From: Candidatus Saccharimonadota bacterium | GTDB taxonomy: Bacteria > Patescibacteriota > Saccharimonadia > Saccharimonadales > UBA10212 | Length of the DNA: 64,000 nucleotides | Assembly: GCA_022841445.1 (NCBI GenBank) | Contig: JALHRM010000001.1 | Location: forward strand, 259,777-323,776 | Reading direction: 5' to 3' | Shown here: piece after piece, positions 32,818 to 41,606 of the stretch | Layout: every line of letters starts with the position of its first letter | Position numbering within the stretch: position 1 is the stretch's first letter | Program-made: the position numbers and the translations under genes | The notes under the pieces: model-generated | Database searches by the model: none | What the model was told of the DNA's origin: nothing | What the model saw: the letters and a program-made list of their open reading frames with translations, nothing else

Positions 32818-32864
32818 TAGTATCTACCCTGCCCTAAACCTGAGCTTTTTGCTACTATTAGCAC

Positions 32865-33041
32865 ATGAGTAATTTTGTTGTAAGTCTTATTGCTGCGGTT
32901 GGCATCAGCGCCTGGTTGTACAACAGAGTACAGCGCTACAATGGCGGCCAAACCAAACAGTCCATAACTGTTGCGGGTATTTGCGCAGTGCTATTGTTTT
33001 TGGTGATTTTCACGGCAATGAACATCTTTTTCGGAAGTTAA
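32865..33041 (+). CDS. Possible 58-aa two-TM membrane peptide (below the ORF-track cutoff)
   Basis: My translation is MSNFVVSLIAAVGISAWLYNRVQRYNGGQTKQSITVAGICAVLLFLVIFTAMNIFFGS. It has two hydrophobic helices and fills an otherwise empty 230-nt gap. Confidence 0.4.
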   Translation: MSNFVVSLIAAVGISAWLYNRVQRYNGGQTKQSITVAGICAVLLFLVIFTAMNIFFGS

Positions 33042-33047
33042 ATCACG

Positions 33048-33440
33048 GTGCCGTCAATCTTCACAAAAATCATCAACGGAGAGGTTCCTTCCTACAAGAT
33101 TTTTGAAGATGAGCGGACATATGCCTTTTTGGACATTCACCCTATTCAACAAGGGCAAGTATTAGTAGTACCGAAAGTTGAGTTAGACCACATATGGGAT
33201 TTGGGAGCCGATGACTATCAGGCACTTTGGTCTACGGTTCAAAAAGTTGGGAAGCGATTGCGAGAAGTATTCCCTGATGTCAAAAGAGTTGGCGTGATTG
33301 TCGAAGGTTTTGATGTGCCACATGTGCATGTCAAAGTTTTTCCTGTCAATTCCGGGGATGAACTTAGGCAAAGACCTGACATGACGGCAGACCCAGACCA
33401 CGCAGAGCTAAAAAGTATAGCTGAAAAACTAGCCTTTTAG
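33048..33440 (+). CDS. HIT-family (histidine triad) nucleotide hydrolase
   Basis: N-terminus SIFTKIINGEVPSYKIFEDERTYAFLDIHP, with the triad motif VPHVHVKVFP. GTG start. Confidence 0.85.
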   Translation: MPSIFTKIINGEVPSYKIFEDERTYAFLDIHPIQQGQVLVVPKVELDHIWDLGADDYQALWSTVQKVGKRLREVFPDVKRVGVIVEGFDVPHVHVKVFPVNSGDELRQRPDMTADPDHAELKSIAEKLAF

Positions 33441-33491
33441 TATTAGTCTGCTAGGCGTTTTTACATATATCTGGTACTATGTGGCTATAAG

Positions 33492-34349
33492 GTGGAGTAT
33501 AATTTGAACGAAAAAGAACTCGGTAAGCGACTACAAGTTGCTCGCCAAAAGGCCGGTTTAACACAGCAAGAACTTTGCGCCAAAGCTAGTTTGTCCATAT
33601 CAACCTTGGCTAAAATTGAGCGAGGCGCAATAAAAGCGCCGTCGATTTTCACTGTGTCGGCGATTGCCTCAGCCGTGCAAGTCCCCCTCCAAGACCTAAT
33701 CGGTCGACCGGGAATTTTACCATCCAAAAGTGTTCCTAAGAAGCAGTCAAAAACAGGGGTTCGATTCGTGTTTTTCGACGTCAACGGAGTAATGATACGC
33801 TTTTTCCATCGGGCGTTTGCTAAGATTGCCGAAGCCACAAACGTACCCGCCGACATCATCGAAACAGCTTTTTGGCATTATAACGATGCCGCTTGTTCTG
33901 GAGAACTGTCGGTCGCAGAGTTCGATCGACTATTTGCTGACAAAGTAGGAGTGAAACATATTGATTGGGAATCTTACTATTTCGAAAATATTGAGTCAAT
34001 AACCGACATGCATGATGTAGCAAAATGGGCATCCGAACATTATCGCATTGGGCTACTGACTAATATCATGCCGGGGTTCCTAGACAGGTTAATCAAAGAA
34101 GGGTTTGTTCCCAACTTAGACTACGAAGTCATTGGTGATTCTTCTGTGGTGGGTGCAGTAAAGCCACAGTCTCGAATATTTGAATACGGACAGGCCGCAG
34201 TTAATTTGCCTCCAAATGAAATACTACTTGTTGATGATAGTCGTGGAGTTGTGACGGCTGCCGGTCATGCTGGTTGGCGGGTGCTGTGGTTTGATGACTA
34301 CTCACCAATAGAGGGCGCCGAACGAGTTCGTGTCGCGCTTGAGTTCTAG
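33492..34349 (+). CDS. Fusion protein: N-terminal XRE-type HTH domain plus a C-terminal HAD-superfamily hydrolase domain
   Basis: HTH LGKRLQVARQKAGLTQQELCAKASLSISTLAKIERG. HAD motif I FVFFDVNGVM, motif II LLTN, motif IV LLVDDS. Confidence 0.7.
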   Translation: MEYNLNEKELGKRLQVARQKAGLTQQELCAKASLSISTLAKIERGAIKAPSIFTVSAIASAVQVPLQDLIGRPGILPSKSVPKKQSKTGVRFVFFDVNGVMIRFFHRAFAKIAEATNVPADIIETAFWHYNDAACSGELSVAEFDRLFADKVGVKHIDWESYYFENIESITDMHDVAKWASEHYRIGLLTNIMPGFLDRLIKEGFVPNLDYEVIGDSSVVGAVKPQSRIFEYGQAAVNLPPNEILLVDDSRGVVTAAGHAGWRVLWFDDYSPIEGAERVRVALEF

Positions 34350-36937
34350 TCTGGTAACTCCCCTGCTTCGTTTCGGGCAACCTCGCTAAAAGTTTCGATT
34401 TGCTTATTTATGTTTGCGAGAAGAGTTTGTGCTTCCAAGAGCTGCTGCCTGGTCTGATCTATTACATCTTTTGGAGCATGTGATACATAAGACTTGTTGG
34501 CGAGTCGTTGCTCAAACCTTGTAACAGCGGTCTGCTGCTCTGTCTGCTGAGCTTTTAGTTTATCGAGGTAATGAAGCGCTGTTTCTTTATCGATATCCAG
34601 CCAGCAGGTATAAGTGGTTTGAGTCAAGAATAGCCCGTGACCATCACGCACTTCATTTACTCCGCCAAGTCCGGCAAGTTGTATGAGTAGCTCAGCATTA
34701 TCCTGAATGAACGGCACATTGGTGTAGTACAGCTGGGGTCGAGTAGTCTGTAATTGACTAATAATTAATCGTGCTTCGGAAACAATATTTTTAATTTCTT
34801 CAAAATCAGCTGCTAACTTTTTTTCTCCAGATGCCGCTTTTGGCCAATCACTGGCTGCTAGAATGGTATTTTTCTTCCATGGTAACGTTTGCCATATTGT
34901 CTCTGTTACAAACGGCGCAAAGGGGTGTGCAATACCGAGCACTGTTTCCAATACATACGCTAGTAAACTTTCGTTGGTCTGGACTTTGCTGGCTTCGATG
35001 TACCAGTCGGCGAAATCATCCCAGATAAATCGGTATAGTGTTTCGTATGCTTCAGATAGACGGTATTGTTCGATTTCCTTTTCGACTTTTTTAAGGCATT
35101 GTTCCAGTTGTAGCAATATCCAATGATCTGCTGATGAATTTGGCTTGGCCTCGGGTTTGAGTGAGGAGTTGTCGCCTACTTTTGATTCTATGAAACGGGC
35201 AACGTTCCATAGTTTGTTGCAAAAATTTCGTGCTCCAACTACTTTCATCGGTGCATAGGCTGCACTGTAACCAGGACTTCTTCCGGCTAGTATACCCATG
35301 CGTAGCGCATCAGAACCGTGCTCGTCGATGACTTCTTCAAGTGCGACTGTATTACCAAGACTTTTACTCATTTTGCGGCCATCCGGACTGCGCACCATCC
35401 CGTGCAGGTACACAGTCTTAAACGGGATATCATCCGTTATGTATAGGCCGAGACAAATCATTCTTGCCACCCATTGGAACAGGATATCAATACCCGTTTC
35501 CATAAGATCTGTGGGGTAAAAGTGCTTATAATCTTTGCTATCAGGATAACCAAGCGTTACAAAGGGCCATTGCCCGCTACTAAACCACGTATCAAAAACG
35601 TCCGGATCGCGACGGTATTTTTTACCATCGACTTCAATTTCCGTTTGTTTTACTTCGGTATTAAAGATCCAATCGTTGGGGTCTTCAACATTCTGGAAGG
35701 CTGGTATTGGTATTCCCCAGGCAATTTGCCGACTGATGTTCCAGTCGCGGACTGATTCGAGATATCTAACGACTTCTTTCTTTTTTGAAGCCGGATAGAA
35801 AGTTATTTTGTTGTCGTTAAGTTTCTTTATGGCCTCTTTGGCGAGGGGCTTCATGTTTATGAACCACTGATCGCGAACGAGCGGTTCGATGACAGTACCG
35901 CATTTGTAGCAGACGCCTACGCTGTGGGTATAGTCTTCTGTACTTTGCAGTGCACTCTCGGCTTCAAGTGCTGCCACGACGGCATCTCGTGCCTCAACTA
36001 CAGTAAGTCCACGGAACTTTTCTGGTGCGTTTTGCCCCAATTTACCATCTGGATCAATGACTTCGATCATGGAGAGTTTATGGCGTGTTCCAATATCGAA
36101 GTCGTTCGGATCATGAGCCGGAGTTATTTTGACCGCACCACTGCCAAAATCTTTGTCGACGTAATCATCTGCGATAATCGGCACTTCCCTGCCAGTTATC
36201 GGCAGCACCACTGTTTTCCCAACCATGTCCTTGTACCGAGCATCTTTAGGATTAACTGCTACAGCCGTGTCCCCTAACATCGTTTCTGGCCTGGTGGTTG
36301 CCACAACAACCGACTCTTTACTGTCTTTGATGGGGTACCGAATGTGCCAGAGCTTTGAGGGCTCTTCTTTGTAGACTACTTCGATATCTGCGAAGCTTGT
36401 TCCATGGAACGTGCAAAAATTAACTATACGCTCACCTCTGTATATGAGTTTGTCATCCCACATTTTTCGAAACGTTTCGTAGGCGGTTTCAATTACTTGG
36501 TTGTCGAGCGTAAAAGTAAACCGGCTCCAGTCACAGCTGGCACCAAGTCGGCGGAGTTGCCTTTCAAAGCCACCCTTATTTTTTTGAACAAAGTCCCAAA
36601 CCAGACCATAAAGTTCATCTCGGCTGAAGTCAAAACGACTCTTACCTTCTTTGGCAAGGTGTTTTTCGAACACTACTTGGGTTTCGAACCCGGCGTGATC
36701 TGCTCCTGGAACATACAGTGCTGCCCTGCCCTTCAATCTGTAATAGCGCACAAGCGTGTCTTGAACGGCGTTCATGTAGGCATGACCAAGGTGTAGGTCG
36801 GCGTTTGCGTTTGGCGGCGGCATGATAACCGTAAAGGTTTCTTTGCTGTCTCTTGGCACGAAGACGTTATTCCCTTCCCATAGGGCGTAGATGTTGTCTT
36901 CGTATTCCTTGGGATCGTACACGCTCGGTAACTTCAT
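34346..36937 (-). CDS. valS: Valine--tRNA ligase
   Basis: Start at ATG 36937 (MKLPSVYDPKEYE), preceded by GGAG. HIGH motif PNANADLHLGHAY and KMSKS motif RKMSKSLGN. C-terminal coiled coil. The length of ~863 aa fits ValRS. Confidence 0.92.
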   Translation of the reverse strand: MKLPSVYDPKEYEDNIYALWEGNNVFVPRDSKETFTVIMPPPNANADLHLGHAYMNAVQDTLVRYYRLKGRAALYVPGADHAGFETQVVFEKHLAKEGKSRFDFSRDELYGLVWDFVQKNKGGFERQLRRLGASCDWSRFTFTLDNQVIETAYETFRKMWDDKLIYRGERIVNFCTFHGTSFADIEVVYKEEPSKLWHIRYPIKDSKESVVVATTRPETMLGDTAVAVNPKDARYKDMVGKTVVLPITGREVPIIADDYVDKDFGSGAVKITPAHDPNDFDIGTRHKLSMIEVIDPDGKLGQNAPEKFRGLTVVEARDAVVAALEAESALQSTEDYTHSVGVCYKCGTVIEPLVRDQWFINMKPLAKEAIKKLNDNKITFYPASKKKEVVRYLESVRDWNISRQIAWGIPIPAFQNVEDPNDWIFNTEVKQTEIEVDGKKYRRDPDVFDTWFSSGQWPFVTLGYPDSKDYKHFYPTDLMETGIDILFQWVARMICLGLYITDDIPFKTVYLHGMVRSPDGRKMSKSLGNTVALEEVIDEHGSDALRMGILAGRSPGYSAAYAPMKVVGARNFCNKLWNVARFIESKVGDNSSLKPEAKPNSSADHWILLQLEQCLKKVEKEIEQYRLSEAYETLYRFIWDDFADWYIEASKVQTNESLLAYVLETVLGIAHPFAPFVTETIWQTLPWKKNTILAASDWPKAASGEKKLAADFEEIKNIVSEARLIISQLQTTRPQLYYTNVPFIQDNAELLIQLAGLGGVNEVRDGHGLFLTQTTYTCWLDIDKETALHYLDKLKAQQTEQQTAVTRFEQRLANKSYVSHAPKDVIDQTRQQLLEAQTLLANINKQIETFSEVARNEAGELPD

Positions 36938-37269
36938 TGTTTCTCCTCGTATGGATACAAGTATACCAGTGCTTACAGGGGTAGCCAAAGTATTGACCTT
37001 TGGCTCTATCGCAACATCGTAACACTCTGTTCCGAAGAGGTTACTTCACAGTAGATTAAGTATGTTTTCACATGAAAAATAACGCAATAAACAAGAAGAC
37101 TTTTCACGCGAAAAGCATTCATGAATACGTATTATTCCCACCCGTTTTGTATTTGGTGCAAGCTCAATTACTGAGCCGTCAAAACGGTTTTTGTTTTTGT
37201 ATTTTAAAGACTACCAGACGATAGCAGGCATTACCAGAATGAAATCTCTGTGGGGCTTGCTAGTCGCAG

Positions 37270-38331
37270 CTACATTGAAAGGGAAGTGTCGGTTGATAGT
37301 GTGTATGGATCATCGGGCTTGGTGCCGGCGTTAATCATCTGATACGCCAGTGCCGCAATCATTACAGCATTATCGGTGCAAAGCTTTATATCAGGAAACA
37401 CCACAGGAACGGGGAAGGTTCTTTCAAGTTGCTCACGCAATAGCCGATTGGCCGCAACACCACCCGCAACAACAACACTTTTAGGCTTGTACGTTTCATA
37501 GGCTTTTTTCGTTTTGCGAATCAGTGCTTCGATTGCGACATGCTCAAAACTTGCAGCAAGATTGGCCTTTTGAGCTTCTGTAAGCATGGCTGATAGCTTG
37601 TAGGATGGAAAAGTGAAGTCTTTACCGCACAGCTGCTGAGTCGCCCTCAAAACAGCTGTTTTTAAGCCTGAGAAGCTAAAGTCGTATTCTCCTGCCGTGT
37701 TGGCGATGGGAAGGCGAATGGCATTGGCATCTCCGCTCAAAGCCGCCTTAGAAACGTTCGGTCCTCCGGGGTAGGGAAGGCCAATAATTTTCGCTACCTT
37801 GTCGAAGGCTTCACCAACAGCATCATCAGTAGTTTGTCCCAGTAGCTCATAATCTGTAGCAGATTTGAAGATCACTAGCTGAGTGTGACCACCAGAGACA
37901 ATCAAGCTTAAAACTGGATAATCTGGCTGCTGAGCTGGCAGGGAATAGTTCTTTAATGGTGTACCTGTGATGAACGAAGCGAAAGGGTGCGCCATGACAT
38001 GATTTATCCCGTAAAGAGGCTTGTTCTTGATAATCGCCAGTGTTCTAGCCGTCATAACGCCAATCAAAAGGCTCCCACCAAGACCGGGACCGCGGGTGAC
38101 TGCTATTGCATCAATGTCATCCCAGTTTTTTTTTGCGCTGCTCAGCGCTTCTTCAACAACTGGAATGATAAGTTCAATATGGCTGCGTGCGGCAATCTCA
38201 GGAACGACACCGCCGTAAACGGTATGAAGGTCTACGCTGCTAGCAATGGCGTTGCTAAGCATTGTGTGGCCATCAACTACAACTGCGGCAGCGGTTTCAT
38301 CACAGCTTGATTCGATCCCAAGTATTGTCAC
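37270..38331 (-). CDS. tsaD: tRNA N6-adenosine threonylcarbamoyltransferase TsaD (Kae1/Gcp family)
   Basis: ILGIESSCDETAAAVV at the N-terminus. Also GVVPEIAARSH and SGGHTQL. GTG start. Confidence 0.9.
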   Translation of the reverse strand: MTILGIESSCDETAAAVVVDGHTMLSNAIASSVDLHTVYGGVVPEIAARSHIELIIPVVEEALSSAKKNWDDIDAIAVTRGPGLGGSLLIGVMTARTLAIIKNKPLYGINHVMAHPFASFITGTPLKNYSLPAQQPDYPVLSLIVSGGHTQLVIFKSATDYELLGQTTDDAVGEAFDKVAKIIGLPYPGGPNVSKAALSGDANAIRLPIANTAGEYDFSFSGLKTAVLRATQQLCGKDFTFPSYKLSAMLTEAQKANLAASFEHVAIEALIRKTKKAYETYKPKSVVVAGGVAANRLLREQLERTFPVPVVFPDIKLCTDNAVMIAALAYQMINAGTKPDDPYTLSTDTSLSM

Positions 38332-38355
38332 CCTGTTATTCTACATGAATTCTTA

Positions 38356-38925
38356 CTAAGGATTCGGACCTTCGTTAAGCATGTCTCGTATGTAGCTTGG
38401 TGCTTTATTATGAGTATAAAGAGCGCACGCTGCAGACCCCACTACAATAAAAACTGTCTTTCTGCCGACCTCTTCTTCGTATTCAACGGCATCCTCAAAG
38501 CATCCCTTCACAAAATTCGGGCTAGGCCCCCACTTCCTCGTTGTTTGAACGAGGTTTGGCGATTTACTCCATGGTATCACTAGTACTTTGCCTCGCTTTT
38601 TGAAATCGGCGTCTTTGATTGCTTGATTGCAGATAGCCACTTTTGTTTTAAAGAGGGGAGCCCTCGTGCTAAGACAGGTACGATATTTTAGTCCTGCCAA
38701 AGCGACAAGCGGCACTCCTTCACCCCTTGGCTGCAGGATACTAGCATCACTCATAACTTTATCGCCAGGCCAATCTACTGTAAGCTGGGGTACAGACCCG
38801 ACAGCAATTGAAGACTGGTCGACAATAGCTCCGCAGCTGAGCAGGATCGTACCTCCCACAGCTATACGTGCACCGATATTAAATCTTCTTCTTAAGGTAT
38901 CTACTCTTGGCTGTCGTACATCCAT
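38356..38925 (-). CDS. Hypothetical protein with N-terminal TM/signal anchor
   Basis: 189-aa ORF 24 nt downstream of tsaD on the same strand. No motif recognised. Confidence 0.5.
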   Translation of the reverse strand: MDVRQPRVDTLRRRFNIGARIAVGGTILLSCGAIVDQSSIAVGSVPQLTVDWPGDKVMSDASILQPRGEGVPLVALAGLKYRTCLSTRAPLFKTKVAICNQAIKDADFKKRGKVLVIPWSKSPNLVQTTRKWGPSPNFVKGCFEDAVEYEEEVGRKTVFIVVGSAACALYTHNKAPSYIRDMLNEGPNP

Positions 38926-39033
38926 AACTAAAGTCCATTATTTTACGCGACTGTATACTAATTTTGGTCTTGTATCAAGGCCCAGGGCTGCAGAAATTTT
39001 TTATATGACACCAACACCAACTACAATACCAGT

Positions 39034-40386
39034 ATGAATCCCAGGTCAATTGTCAAAAAGATTATTCCTGCAAATTTGTTTTTTAGGGTAGCTCCATATC
39101 TCCACCTAGTTGAGTCAGTTGTATTACAAATCAGACATGGATTTCCAGCACGCGGCATGAAAATTATCGGGGTGACTGGTACGGACGGCAAAACTTCTAC
39201 GTCATTTTTGATACATAGAATGCTGCACGAAGCAGGCTACAAGACCGGACTTATGACAACGGTCGGATACGGTGTCGGAGCGGACATAAAACCTCAGATA
39301 GAGCACATGACCACCGTACCAGTTGGGCAGTTGCTGCAGCGCATAAAGGCTATGAAGTCAGATGGTGTGCAGTGGCTGGTGTTAGAAACCACCAGTCATG
39401 CGTTGGCCCAGTTCCGTACATGGGGTATCCCATACAGCATCGTGGTGATGACTAATCTAAGCCATGAACACCTTGATTATCACAAGACTTTCGAGAATTA
39501 CCGAGCAGCTAAACGTCGACTGTTTGAACAGTGCAACAGCAACAAAAAGGGGTTGCGTATTGGTATCGTCAACGCTGATGATGCCAATGCCGAAGCGTTT
39601 TCGTCCGCGATAAAGAATCCGCTGCGATACGGCATAAAATCAGGTGATTTGCTCGCTAAAAACATCAAACTGACCACTTCGGGCAGTCGCTACGTCGCGG
39701 TCGCCGGAAGCGAAGAGTACCGAATAGAATGCCACTTGCCCGGTAGTTTCAATGTCTACAATTCGTTGGCGGCTGTTCAGGTGGGCAGAGCAGCTGGTCT
39801 TACAAAGCAACAGATTGAAAAAGGAATTGCTGCACTATCGGGGGTGGAAGGCCGCATGACTCGCATTGATGAAGGCCAAGAATTTGACGTCATTATCGAT
39901 TACGCCCACACGCCGGACAGTTTCAAGAAAATCCTTGAAGAAATTAAGCCGGTTGTCAAAGGGAAGATGATTGTAGTTTTTGGAAGTGCTGGCAGGCGGG
40001 ATGAGGCTAAGCGGGCGGTGCAGGGCAAAATTGCCGGAGAGCTGGCTGATGTTGTTATTGCAACCGAAGAAGACGACCGTGACATTGATGGCATAGAAAT
40101 TTTGCAACAAATTGCATCGGGCGCAAAACAGGCCGGCAAAGTTGAAAACAAAAACTTGTTCTTAGTCCACAAGCGAGAAGAAGCGATTGAAACTGCGTTC
40201 AAAATGGCAAAGGCCGGTGATCTTGTCGTGCTGCTAGGCAAGGGGCACGAAAAATCTATCCTAGGCAATGGCCCAGACGCGGCAAAACTCCGCCATTTAC
40301 CTCAGGACGACAAAGATTCTCGTCGGGTTGTTGAGCGTCCCTATAACGAGATTGAAGTCGCCCGAAAAATTATAAAATCTCTGTAA
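39034..40386 (+). CDS. murE: Mur ligase, MurE-like (UDP-N-acetylmuramoyl-tripeptide synthetase family)
   Basis: P-loop IIGVTGTDGKTSTSF. IIDYAHTPDS and VVFGSAGRRDEAKR resemble the MurE motifs DYAHTPDAL and VFGCGGDRD. The amino-acid substrate cannot be read from the sequence. Confidence 0.75.
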   Translation: MNPRSIVKKIIPANLFFRVAPYLHLVESVVLQIRHGFPARGMKIIGVTGTDGKTSTSFLIHRMLHEAGYKTGLMTTVGYGVGADIKPQIEHMTTVPVGQLLQRIKAMKSDGVQWLVLETTSHALAQFRTWGIPYSIVVMTNLSHEHLDYHKTFENYRAAKRRLFEQCNSNKKGLRIGIVNADDANAEAFSSAIKNPLRYGIKSGDLLAKNIKLTTSGSRYVAVAGSEEYRIECHLPGSFNVYNSLAAVQVGRAAGLTKQQIEKGIAALSGVEGRMTRIDEGQEFDVIIDYAHTPDSFKKILEEIKPVVKGKMIVVFGSAGRRDEAKRAVQGKIAGELADVVIATEEDDRDIDGIEILQQIASGAKQAGKVENKNLFLVHKREEAIETAFKMAKAGDLVVLLGKGHEKSILGNGPDAAKLRHLPQDDKDSRRVVERPYNEIEVARKIIKSL

Positions 40387-40398
40387 AATGGCGACGAG

Positions 40399-40797
40399 TT
40401 ATCGAAGACTTTCGTTGCGTTGCTTCCATTCTTCATCAGTGTAAAGCATGCCATCGGGGCCTAGATGTTGCCTCTCGGGGAGAGTACGCCCGCCAGTTAG
40501 CTCGTCAAGTCTAGCGCGAGCTTTTGCCTTTCGTCTGTCCAGGTCTTCTTGCTCGAGCACAAGTCCTTCCTCTACTTTAAGACCTGCTTTCTCGTTTCTA
40601 AGTTCATCCCTTTGACTTGTGATACCGTCCATCTCCATATCTAAGGCTTCGGGTGACCAAATGCCACCAGGGGCAGTAAATAGATCACCATTGGCTAATG
40701 TTACTCGGGCAATATCGGCCAGATCTCTTTGGCGTCTGGTTGCTGAGTCTATTTGATTTTGAATGTGCTCACTTGGTAAGTGGGTTGTTTCACTCAT
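40399..40797 (-). CDS. Hypothetical protein
   Basis: 132-aa ORF, charged and helical. No motif recognised. Confidence 0.45.
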   Translation of the reverse strand: MSETTHLPSEHIQNQIDSATRRQRDLADIARVTLANGDLFTAPGGIWSPEALDMEMDGITSQRDELRNEKAGLKVEEGLVLEQEDLDRRKAKARARLDELTGGRTLPERQHLGPDGMLYTDEEWKQRNESLR

Positions 40798-40905
40798 TAA
40801 ATTAAACCTGATTTATTTGTTTTTCAGAAAGTATTAATAATATTAGCATAGAGTTGACTATTAGTCAACTAGTGAATAAATTAGTAAACTGCTTTAAGTG
40901 GTGAT

Positions 40906-41154
40906 TTAAAGTGTTTTCTCGAGCGCTGCTACTTCACCGTCAACACGTACCAATAACTCATCCTCGCACGCTATGGCCGCCCTTCGCGCGGTTGTTGTTT
41001 GAGTTGGATCCGTAGCAACTGCACGTAAACCACCGAACATCACATCAAGCTCGCGTCCCAGCAGTTCTGCTGCTTGTTCAATGGCCGATGTATTTGCATC
41101 CAGCGCAATACCAGATATACGCCCCGGGTTCATATCGCATTCGTTGTCGCTCAT
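40906..41154 (-). CDS. Hypothetical small protein
   Basis: I place the start at ATG 41154 (MSDNECDMNPGR...). The longer ORF start would run into the groES promoter. No motif recognised. Confidence 0.4.
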   Translation of the reverse strand: MSDNECDMNPGRISGIALDANTSAIEQAAELLGRELDVMFGGLRAVATDPTQTTTARRAAIACEDELLVRVDGEVAALEKTL

Positions 41155-41187
41155 CAGTTTGTATTTTAGCAGAATTTTTATGCACTC

Positions 41188-41257
41188 TTGACACAAGTTT
41201 TAGCACTCGGGTATTATGAGTGCCAGAAGATTAGCACTCACAAGACGCTAGTGCTAA
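41188..41257 (+). promoter_or_regulatory. groESL promoter with two tandem CIRCE (HrcA operator) elements
   Basis: -35 TTGACA (41188-41193), 18-nt spacer, -10 TATTAT (41212-41217). CIRCE-1 is TTAGCACTC-n9-GAGTGCCAG (41200-41226) and overlaps the -10. CIRCE-2 is TTAGCACTC-n9-TAGTGCTAA (41231-41257). Consensus is TTAGCACTC-N9-GAGTGCTAA. Confidence 0.85.
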
Positions 41258-41292
41258 TCTAACATCTTATCAATTCATTAAAGGAGGAAGAA

Positions 41293-41586
41293 ATGGCAGT
41301 GAACCTGCAACCATTATCAGATTATGTTGTGGCAGAACAAGAAGAGGCCGTCACTAAGACCGCCAGTGGTCTATACTTGCCCGACAAGGCAACCGAAAAG
41401 CCAAAAGTGGCCAAAGTTCTAGCAGTCGGTCCAGGCAAAGTAGGCGACGATAACGAGCGCGTGCCGGTAGAAGTAAAAGTTGGTGACAAAATTGTTTACA
41501 AAAGCTATAGCACGACCGAAGTAAAAGTTGGCGACAAAGAGTACATCTTGGTCAAAGAAGAAGATATTCTAGCAATCGTTAAATAA
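41293..41586 (+). CDS. groES: Co-chaperonin GroES
   Basis: 97 aa. LQPLSDYVVAEQEE...ASGLYLPD...VLAVGPG...VGDKIVYKSY. SD AAGGAGG upstream. Immediately precedes groEL. Confidence 0.95.
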   Translation: MAVNLQPLSDYVVAEQEEAVTKTASGLYLPDKATEKPKVAKVLAVGPGKVGDDNERVPVEVKVGDKIVYKSYSTTEVKVGDKEYILVKEEDILAIVK

Positions 41587-41606
41587 TCGGAGAAATAAGA
41601 AGTATC

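Noticed and set aside
36938-37269. Possible T-box riboswitch in the 330-nt region upstream of valS (minus strand)
   Set aside because: Read on the minus strand, the only T-box-like string is AACGGGTGGGAATAAT. It lacks the GGTACCGCG part, and I found no convincing Stem I/specifier (GUN), AG bulge or terminator-antiterminator pair. The region remains an unexplained long AT-rich leader or intergenic spacer.
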